A stretch of 64,000 nt of DNA. Origin: Octopus bimaculoides (lineage: Eukaryota). Shown in pieces: positions 54,383-64,000 of the stretch (the first letter of the stretch is position 1; each line of letters opens with the position of its first letter). Position numbers and translations under genes: made by a program. The stretch is from contig NC_068986.1 in assembly GCF_001194135.2 (NCBI RefSeq), positions 47,973,967 through 48,037,966 of the forward strand. The letters are read 5' to 3'. The notes beneath the pieces were generated by a model, which was given only the letters and a program-made list of their open reading frames with translations, was not told the DNA's origin and ran no database searches.

Positions 54383-54725
54383 AAGGACCCCCTTTAGTCA
54401 TGAATGACCATGGGATTGAGCCTAAAAGGTTCCCCTCCGAGGCACAAGTCCGGGCAAAGTTGTTTATGGAAGACCAGCAATCACCCATGCATACTAGCCT
54501 TCCCCTATTCACGATACCGATGTTATCCAAAGGAAAAGCAAGGACCGATACAGCTTGGCACCAGTGATGTCGCCACTCATTTCTACAGCTGAGTGAACTG
54601 GAGCAATGTGAAATAAAGTGTCTTGTTCAAGAGCGCAACACTCAGCCCGGCCCGGCCCGGTAATCGAGTTCACTACTTCAAGATTGTGAACCCGACACTC
54701 TAACCACTGAGCCACGCACCTTCAC
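54383..54725 (-). mobile_element. tRNA-derived SINE family E
   Basis: Reverse complement of the 32561 copy. Confidence 0.8.
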
Positions 54726-55172
54726 AAACTTAACAAACCTATTTTTATTTCCCCTACTCTACACTAATCTCACCATAGAGTCAGAAGTGCAATGGCTTCT
54801 TCACTCACTCCAAACTAAGTAGACTACATTATTGCTTCCACCATCTTCAATTAGAGCTCTTATAAGACATTTTCTTTTCCAAGAAAACACTTCAATCTAT
54901 TTCTCTTACAGAGAAACGTGCCATTGTATCTAGTCCTCTTATTGCTATGTATTGTTCTCACTGATATCTGAAAGCACCCATTCTCTTCACCACTTTGAAT
55001 CTCTTTCACTCCTCAATGGCATTTAGTACAGTTTCTGTAGGATCAGATTAAGAACAAATCTGATATCATACGCCAAGTGGTGTCTCGCCTTTGAGATTAT
55101 TGGCGAAATTAATGCTGTTGCGTTGCAATTGACAGTAAAGATTTTGATCGTATCTAACAAGACAATACTTTA

Positions 55173-55433
55173 GTGAATTTAGACGCATTTATGCTCATCA
55201 CAATTCTTGAAGTTTGCTATGAGATCGTAACTAGAACAACTCGTCCCACATTCTATAACAACACTGATATGTCTTGTAGTTCAGTTACATATACTACAGT
55301 CTTCTCTCCGTACATTAATAACATTCCCACTGTCATTTCTAAGCACACAAGCTCTAATGCAGATGATAACATCATTAATTTCACCTTAATCTTTCGCACA
55401 CTGACATCAGCCAGTGTTTCAATTAGTTATTAG
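55173..55433 (+). pseudogene. highly decayed LINE RT fragment (CR1/L2-like)
   Basis: VFSPYINNIP...NADDNI resembles the RT motifs LYINDLP/YADD. Confidence 0.4.
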
Positions 55434-56001
55434 ATACAAACTACATATATAAAGAAAATAGTGTTGTACTATATCTACATTTCTCACCAACAGCTAAATA
55501 CCCCGAATTCACAACAAATGCCCCGATGCTGATTGCTACTCATAGTAACTTCACGTGAATAACAGATTCAAATTTAAATCTCCACGAAAATTTTAAGATT
55601 TCATTAACTGATAACTCATTCTGGTATTCTATTTCGCTTCACTTGTGTACCTTATGTCTCTGAAAAAAGATCTTAAGATCGCAATACTTTAAATAATTTT
55701 ACATTCGTAAGAGATCTTCGTAAATATTTCAAGGTTACAATTACCCGCTTTTTTTTTGCTTTTTTAGGAATACAATTAATTTTGGTTAATTAAGAAATCA
55801 ATTTTAAAAGCTTGTGTTTGCGAGTCATTTTGTATTTGTAAACCTAATTTCTTTTACTGCAGTTTCCAAAAAAAGCATAACACCTTGCAACCGCTCTTTC
55901 TTTCCTTTATATCACCGAATCTCGTGCCTCTTTTCGATCAAGGAAAACAGGAAAGTAAATCTAAGATTACTAGCTTTATATCATGGGCAATATTTTATGG
56001 A

Positions 56002-56384
56002 GTGGAGGCGCAATGGCCTAGTGGTTAGGGCAGTGGACTCGTGGTCATAGGATCGTGGTTTCGATTCCCAGACCGGGCGTTGTGAGTGTTTATTGAGGGA
56101 AAGCACCTAAAGCTCCACGAGGCTCCGGCAGGGGATGGTGGCGAACCCTGCTGTACTCTATCACCACAACTTTCTCTCAATTTTACTTCCTGTTTCTGTT
56201 GTACCTGTAATTCAAAGGGTCAACCTTGTCACACTGTGTCACGCTGAATATCCCCGAGAACTACGTTAAGGGTACACGTGTCTGTGGAGTGCTCAGCCAC
56301 TTGTACGTTAATTTCACGAGCAGGCTGTTCCGTTGATCGGATCAACTGGAACCCTCGACGTCGTAAGCGACGGAGTGCCAACAA
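56002..56384 (+). mobile_element. tRNA-derived SINE family A
   Basis: Near-identical to the other family A copies. Confidence 0.85.
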
Positions 56385-57194
56385 ATCTTTCGTCTGCGCG
56401 GAAAGAGAAGTTTAGTCTCTGTAGTATTATATTGTAGACTACGCTATATATTTATTCTATACTGTTTTTGGATTGTTATGTTGACTTCGAAGTCAACACT
56501 GTGAATTGAGTGTACTGAAGCACACAACACTTGAGCAGAAACTAGAAAGGTAGCATTTGGTCGCATGGAAGATATTACTTTTATAGTATTAGTTAGACCA
56601 GAAATTTAAGTTGGCGAGCTGGTAGAATCGTTAGCATGCAGAGCAAAATGCTTAGCGACATTTCGTCCGTCTTTACGTTCTGAGTTTAAGCTCCATAGGG
56701 GTCGGCTTTACCTTTAATTGCTTTCGGGCTCAATAAAATAAGTGCCTGTTGAACACCGAGGTCGATCCTCTACTCCAAAATTACTAACTTTGTGCCAAAA
56801 TTTGAAATCATTAATTACACCAGAAATTTATTTTGAACAGCATGCGTAAGTTATGGAAACATTCAGTATCTTTGCTCTGTATCAGCTCCATGAGCGAATC
56901 CATGCCTGACGGAAGCTGGTTAAAGGTCAGGATATATCTGTTTTGTATTTTCATTCACCCAGATCAACATGTGAATAGAAAATGTGGTGAGGTGACAAAT
57001 AGGAGAAATCTTACACATTGAGAAAGCTGTATCCAAAAGATCGAGTTGACCTGCCGACTATATTCATCTTTCCGGTGTTCAAAATATTACATAGCGTTCG
57101 TATTTTGTTCTTGTCAATATCTAACTATGCAGAAATACTTAATCTTAAGTCTTTTTATGGAAATACAAGGTTGTCTTGGTTAGAAGGTCTATCT

Positions 57195-57211
57195 GCCGCA
57201 GCCGCAGCCGC

Positions 57212-57259
<48 letters not shown>

Positions 57260-57330
57260 CTCCTCCTCCTCCTCCTCCTCCTCCTCTGCCGCCTCCGCCG
57301 CCTCCGCCGTCGCTGCCTTCGCCGCCGCTA
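57195..57330. repeat. compound GC-rich trinucleotide repeat (GCC/GTC/CTC)
   Basis: Direct inspection. Confidence 0.9.
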
Positions 57331-57926
57331 CTGTTTCTACAAGTCATTTAAGAGTTTCTAGATTTAACTTTGCACAAATTTTTAATGGGCTGTTGACATC
57401 GAGAGATCATACATGCTTAAGAGTATTGTCAATTAAACACTCAAGAGATGCAAATAGAAATTAAACAATTCCCTACACATTTACTCAAATACGAACGGAT
57501 CACCTATCAAATCGCAATGTTTTATTGTCGAAGAAGGTAGCGAGCTGGCAGAATAGTTAGCACGCCGGACAAAATGCATAGCGGTATTTCGTACGTCTTT
57601 ACATTCTGAGTTCAAATCCTACCTTGGTCCACTTTGCTTTTCATCCTTCCAGGATCGATAAAATAAATACCAGTGAAATACTAGTGTCGATGTAATCAAC
57701 TTATTCTTCCCCACAAATTGTTGGTCTCCTATCAAAATTTAAAACCAATATTTTATGGCCGAATAGCTAAAGGGAAGTAATTCAAATAAAAGTACTTAAA
57801 AGTTACTTCCCTTTAAAAGGAACGTGTGTGTGCTTGTCTGTGTAGATATATTTATAAATTCCGTTTTGTATGTATATATTTTGTTTTTGCATTTGGTTTG
57901 CAAGATTCTTCATGTTGAAGCATATT

Positions 57927-58054
57927 TTATTGTCTCTGGGAAGAATCGTTCTCTCTTAGTGCCTTATTAATTCAACACACTCACCGGTCCGGTTTCCAAA
58001 AGACGTTGAAAAGTTTGCAAGACGCAACGAAAATTATATTTAAAAATGAATGAA

Positions 58055-58085
<31 letters not shown>

Positions 58086-58168
58086 AGAAATAAATGGAAA
58101 CCAGATCGGTGAATGTGTTAAATTAATAAGGCACTAAGAGAGAATGACTCTCCCCAGACACAATAAAG
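57927..58168. repeat. ~70-bp inverted repeat with a ~100-bp spacer
   Basis: tattgtctctgggaagaatcgttctctcttagtgccttattaattc... pairs with ...aattaataaggcactaagagagaatgactctccccagacacaata. Confidence 0.8.
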
Positions 58169-58967
58169 TAGTTATATATTTTTTCCTATTTCGAGGAATT
58201 TGTGTTCGTTTTTTGGCCGTTTTGATTGTAATTAATTCGGTCACGTTTTGATTTAAAATAAATTTTGTCGAAATTATAGTAGTTTTTCGCTATTTTTAGG
58301 TCAATGTAATTAATACCAGCAATTTCTGAGTTCATTGAGGCGATCAAACCAATCTTTTACGGTCATTATCAGGATGTATTAGGACTTGCAAAACCAACGG
58401 GATCACTTAACTAAATAAAGTTGTTCTAATTTTGGCACAATGCCAGCAATTTTGAGAGGAGGGTGCAAAATCGATTACATCGGTTCTAGTACTTGACTGG
58501 TACTTATTTTATCGTACCGGAAAGGGTAAAACGCAATGTTGGCCTCATAGTATGTCAAATCCGTACGTAAAGGGACGGAAGAAATGTTATCTAACATTTT
58601 GTCCGGCACGGTGACGATTCAACCAGCTCGCCTCCTTAATAAAGTTTGAAATATTAAGTATTAAATTTCTGCCTTATAAATGCGGTTTACATAGGAGTCA
58701 TCTTTGCTATCGATGTTTTATCTTTTATCTCTTACCTGTTTAGTCAGTCATTGGACTGCGGCCCTAGTACTTATCGTTTTTTAAACCTTCTACTTATTCC
58801 ATCGGCCTCTATTGCCGAGCCGACGATCCTCTTTTTCTTCTGACTAACTAATAACGCCTCACTCAACGTCTTGAGTGCAGCTTGCCTCCCCCCCCCCAGT
58901 ATTAGTTAGCGCATGTTTAGATTGTCAGAGATGAGGCAATTAAAATCATTAGCTTTACAGATATATA

Positions 58968-59842
58968 CGCAGGTGTGGCTGTGTGGTAAGTAGTCTGCTT
59001 CCCAACCACATGGTTCTGGGTTCAGTCCCATTGCGTGGCACCTTGTGCAAGTTTCTCCTACTAAAGCCTCGGGCCAAACAAAACTTTGTGAGTGGTTTTG
59101 ATAGACGAAAATTGAAAGAAACCCATCGTATANNNNNNNNNNNNNNNNNNNNNNNNNNNNNNNNNNNNNNNNNNNNNNNNNNNNNNNNNNNNNNNNNNNN
59201 NNNNNNNNNNNNNNNNNNNNNNNNNNNNNNNNNNNNNNNNNNNNNNNNNNNNNNNNNNNNNNNNNNNNNNNNNNNNNNNNNNNNNNNNNNNNNNNNNNNN
59301 NNNNNNNNNNNNNNNNNNNNNNNNNNNNNNNNNNNNNNNNNNNNNNNNNNNNNNNNNNNNNNNNNNNNNNNNNNNNNNNNNNNNNNNNNNNNNNNNNNNN
59401 NNNNNNNNNNNNNNNNNNNNNNNNNNNNNNNNNNNNNNNNNNNNNNNNNNNNNNNNNNNNNNNNNNNNNNNNNNNNNNNNNNNNNNNNNNNNNNNNNNNN
59501 NNNNNNNNNNNNNNNNNNNNNNNNNNNNNNNNNNNNNNNNNNNNNNNNNNNNNNNNNNNNNNNNNNNNNNNNNNNNNNNNNNNNNNNNNNNNNNNNNNNN
59601 NNNNNNNNNNNNNNNNNNNNNNNNNNNNNNNNNNNNNNNNNNNNNNNNNNNNNNNNNNNNNNNNNNNNNNNNNNNNNNNNNNNNNNNNNNNNNNNNNNNN
59701 NNNNNNNNNNNNNNNNNNNNNNNNNNNNNNNNNNNNNNNNNNNNNNNNNNNNNNNNNNNNNNNNNNNNNNNNNNNNNNNNNNNNNNNNNNNNNNNNNNNN
59801 NNNNNNNNNNNNNNNNNNNNNNNNNNNNNNNNNNNNNNNNNN

Positions 59843-59887
<45 letters not shown>

Positions 59888-60100
59888 GTGTATTTTGGTG
59901 TCTATGCTTGTCCTCCCATCATCTCTTGAAACCGATGTTGGTGTGTTTAGGTCCCCGTAACTTAGCAGTTCGGCCAAATGGACCGATAGAATAAGTACTA
60001 GGCTTACAAAGAATAAGTCCTGAGGTCGATTTGTTTGACTAAAGGCAGTATCCACCATGGCCGCAGTCAAAATGACTGAAACAAGTAAAAGAATAAACGA
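58968..60100 (+). mobile_element. tRNA-derived SINE family C with an internal (AT)/(GT) microsatellite
   Basis: Head gtggctgtgtggtaag...gggttcagtccca; tail ...catggccgcagtcaaaatgactgaaacaagtaaaaga. Other copies at ~13620-14640, 18370-19030, 20250-20640, 21730-22580, 27425-27800, 30340-30770 and 61975-62470. Confidence 0.8.
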
Positions 60101-60158
60101 ATAAACGAATACACGTGGTACATGCAAAGTATTAAAAGACGGTGTGGGAAAGAAAGGT

Positions 60159-60195
60159 TGCTTAACGTTTCGAGCAAAGCTCTTCTTCAGAAGCA
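60159..60195 (-). ncRNA. minimal type I hammerhead ribozyme motif (Penelope-like element type)
   Basis: UGCUU-CUGAAGA-A-GAGC-UUU-GCUC-GAAA-CG-UU-AAGCA: intact core, 5-bp stem I, 4-bp stem II and palindromic ACGU stem III. Confidence 0.75.
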
Positions 60196-60308
60196 GGAGA
60201 CAATATATATATATACATATAGATACATACATGCATACATACGTACATACATACATACATACATACATACATACATACATACATACATACATACATGCAT
60301 GCATGCAT

Positions 60309-60339
<31 letters not shown>

Positions 60340-60412
60340 NNNNNNNNNNNNNNNNNNNNNNNNNNNNNNNNNNNNNNNNNNNNNNNNNNNNNNNNNNNNN
60401 NNNNNNNNNNNN

Positions 60413-60679
60413 AGGTTAGTTGAAATATGTCTGTCATGTATTTCAACTGCTAAAAGCAAATACACACCAGTTACCGTGGAGAAAAATTCTCTCTTATGGT
60501 AAAAAGATGTAAAATCACCCCGTTCGTTCAGTGTCGCCCTTTCTCAGGAATCTTAGACATCGGCGTTTCGAGTTTATTGACTCTTGATGAGATGTGCCCT
60601 AGAGAGGCAATCCTCTCTAAGGTACAGTGTATTTGCCGTTAGCAGTTGAAATATGTGACAAACATATTTCAACTAACCT
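60413..60679. repeat. foldback element with 53-bp inverted arms, each containing an internal hairpin
   Basis: 60413-60465 is the reverse complement of 60627-60679 with about 6 mismatches. Confidence 0.8.
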
Positions 60680-60743
60680 AAATTGTAATTATACGTAAAC
60701 ACTGCTTAGCGCAATTTCTCTGATATATATATATATATCGTAG

Positions 60744-61112
60744 TGGACGCGCAATGGCCAGTGGTTAGGGCAGCGGAATCGCGGTCATAGGATCGCGGTT
60801 TCAATCCCCAGACCGGGCGTTGTGAGTGTTTATTGAGCGAAAACACCTAAAACTCCACGAGGCTCCGGCAGGAGATGGTGGCGAATCCTGCTGTACTCTT
60901 TCACCACAACTCTCTCACTCTTACTTCCTGTTTTTGTTGTGCCTGTATTTCAAAGGGTCAGCCTTGTCACACTGTGTCACGCTGAATATCCCGAGAACTA
61001 CTTTCAGGGTACACGTGTCTGTGGAGTGCTCAGCCACTTGCACGTTAATTTCACGAGCAGGCTGTTCCGTTGATCCCTCGACGTCGTAAGCGACGGAGTG
61101 CCAACAACAACA
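60744..61112 (+). mobile_element. tRNA-derived SINE family A
   Basis: Near-identical copy; 11-bp TSD atatatcgtag. Confidence 0.85.
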
Positions 61113-64000
61113 ATATATCGTAGATACAGTATGGCCACCAAATAGTTTAGAAGTTACATTCGCAGCCATGAGATGCTGGTTTCGATCGCACTACGAAGTA
61201 TCTTGGAATGATACAGTGATATACTCCTTTCGATTTTATTGATAACTTGCTTAAAAGCCGCACTCCGTGCGAACTTTTAAGCTAGCTCCCACGGAGGGCT
61301 AATTGGGCTAGCGACCCTAAACTGAAGAGATCTAAATAGCATGATTATAATACATCTATAATTACTTTGTACCTCGGTGGTGATTGATCAGAGGTTAAGG
61401 ACGGATGAGAATTAATTCTGTAAAGTAATCATTCTATTGTTCCAATACCAAGTTGAATTCCAACTGTTGGCCAATTTATCCCAAAGTTCTTATCTTGACG
61501 TAAAATTAACAAAGCAATTGTCATTTATCTCCCCGTGATCTTGACGTCGTCTGAAAACGCCAAGCAAGATGGCGTGAAGCAGCCAAGCTTTAGCTGCTAG
61601 AAATAGCAACCCAAATGCTTTTTGATCATATCCCAATGCTGGATGTTCAAGAACCTGATGAAGGGCAGATTTTTCAATCCCGGGTTCATCTTGATTCCAA
61701 AAAGTATAATATGTCTATGCAGAGCAAATGTAGACTACGATACAGGGATCCAGGACAGACAGAGTTTCGCGTTTATTATTTTAGATATCAAGATCTCTGC
61801 TCACAAAGTCTCTCTGTTTAAATCTCTCTGGTATCCCTTCCTTTCCTCATTCTCATTGTGTCAAACTTCTCAAATTGCACAAAACACTTGTTTCGTTCTC
61901 CCACTTTGAAAATTATCCCTTACATCTCGCTGGGCTCTCCCACCAACACTTTTATTGAAGATATTGAGCTATATGCGCTGGGATGGCTGTGTATTTAAGC
62001 TGCTTGCTTTGCAACCACGTGGTTTTGGGTTCAGTCTCACTGCGTGGCATCTCGAATAAACTACGATAGCTCGTGGCCAACCAATACTTTTGGGGTGAAA
62101 TTGGTTGGCGGAAACTGTGTAAAGACCCGTCATATATATATGTATGTGTATGTGCGTGTATGTGTGCGAGTGTGCAGCGTGCGTGTGCGTATGTGTGTGC
62201 GAGTGTGCGGCGTGCGTGCGTGTGCGTTTGCGCGCGTGTGTGTGCGTGTGTGTTCGGCGTGTGTGCGTGTGCCTGTGTTTCTCTCTGTGTGTGTGTGTGT
62301 GTGAGTGTCTTCATGTTGTTGACTTGTTTACGGTCCCGTAGCATGACGGTTCGGCAAATGACATCACTAGAATAAGCCTCAGACTTAAAAATACGTACGC
62401 TGTCGATGTGTTCGACTATACCTTTTAACGTGGTGGCCTAGCATGGCCACAGTCCAGTGTAATGCGAAAGATATGAAATAAAATATATAAATGTTCGAAC
62501 CAAACACTAACCACATCAATCTCACCAGCCTGAAAAGATCAGCAAATGTCCAAATCTCAAGCAAATACCTTTATATTTCAGATTAAGCAGAGCAGACACT
62601 TTGGGTAATGTAGTCCGATGTATATATGATGTCTGAACCATGTAATCAAGAGACACAATGTTCAAGATTAGAACGGCCATTGGTTATAAGTTTACGCAAT
62701 TAAGGAGACCCGCAAAGTTTGCATCGTTGAATCATTGCTATAAAGAACGCATAGGCAACCCTTATTCTTTCTTTTCCTGAGAAGTCGGTCACATGAGGCA
62801 TGGCTCAACATCAGATGGGATACACTAGTGAGAAAAAATGTAATTTTTCGTTAAGAGTGCGATACAGAAAGCTCTGCTGGCTGAATTTCGGCCCTGGTTG
62901 ATGCAAAATATTCAGAAAAAAAAAAAAAACAAAAAAAAACGGGGCCGTGCCCACGACCTTGGCTGACCTTCACTACTGGTGAGACTTGGAACTAAAACAA
63001 CAGCAACAACAACACCAACAACGACGATAAAACTAACAACAACTTTATGACAAATATACTTAATAATGGTTTTTGAGTTGAGAACAAGGCCAGCAGTTTC
63101 TTAGAAGAATTGGGTGTGTTAGTTGATAATTTTGAACCAAATATCTAACTGGTATTTATTTATTTTATCAACCCCAGAAGGAAGAAAAGCGCAGGAACTG
63201 AAATCAGAACATAGAGTCGGAAGAATTAACTCGGAGACATTGTTTTTCTAACTCTCTAACAATTCTACCCGCTCGTCGCCTTTACAGTGTTAAATAATAT
63301 TGTACAAAATTACAACTGCACAAAACCTTACAACCTTGTTATGAATAGCACTAATATAAAGCTGGTTGCATAGCTCGGCCTGCTAGAAATAGCATTGCAT
63401 TCTACCCTACTATGTGGAATTGTAGTGACCTTTATGGTATTGCTTTGTATAGTATTGTGTTGTATCATAACGCACTGTACTATATTGTACAGAAATGTAT
63501 TTTATTTTGTTGCATTGTTTTGCACCGTACTGTCTTGTACTCTATTCTATAATATCATAGTATGTATGTGCCTTACTTAACGTGAATATACAGTAGAAAG
63601 CCTCCCATCTGCGATATTCATCTCGAGAAAGCATCTATAGAACATATAACATTAAAACGCATAGAGGAATATCAGTGGCAAACTGTCCAGCAGCGGAGGT
63701 GGAAATGCTAAATATGTATTTCTACATCTTTGAGCATCATCAGGAGCAAGCACCCAGGGCAACCGCATGCCAAGACAAATTTCGTCACTACTAATATAGA
63801 AAAACAGTGATTAACAAATCACTAATGTCACAATTAGCCGGCAGGTTGCATAAAAGTTTGATATTAGCAACGGAGCAGGATTAGTTCAAAAGAACATTCC
63901 GTATGTCATACTTAACGCATATATACTGTTGAAAGCCTGGAAAATACATTAATTGATCTACCTCGAGGAAGTATATTCCTGTGTTTCTTTTTTAACATTA

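Noticed and set aside
57018-57464. 148-aa poly-Ala/Ser ORF
   Set aside because: Open only because of the trinucleotide repeat; no splice sites or domain.
61490-61580. TGACGT(C) motifs and AAGATGGCG (YY1-like) suggesting a promoter
   Set aside because: Short motifs expected by chance; no downstream exon identified.

Overview
This is AT-rich eukaryotic genomic DNA with many N gaps and microsatellites. The repeat content suggests a coleoid cephalopod, probably Octopus (recalled from known repeat families, not proven). There is no prokaryotic or CRISPR content. The main gene is a minus-strand HPS4 (BLOC-3 subunit, longin domains). I reconstructed ten coding exons by hand between ~41,041 and 1,260 with consistent splice phases. 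One expected exon is not visible and probably lies in an N gap, and the 3' end runs off the left edge. An intact tRNA-Lys(UUU) gene sits at 53,040-53,112. The rest is mobile-element debris: tRNA-derived SINEs, RTE LINE remnants, mariner, piggyBac, hAT and Chapaev3-like elements. The most notable observations are: (i) a poly(A)-tailed, TSD-flanked 2.6-kb retroelement with two fused gag-like ORF1 units and no RT, plus a second independent insertion of the same family; (ii) an intact minimal hammerhead ribozyme motif and two decayed relatives, one inside a foldback element; (iii) a CpG-decay boundary near the HPS4 start; (iv) a frame-critical 25-nt microexon and an odd donor/UAG arrangement in HPS4.
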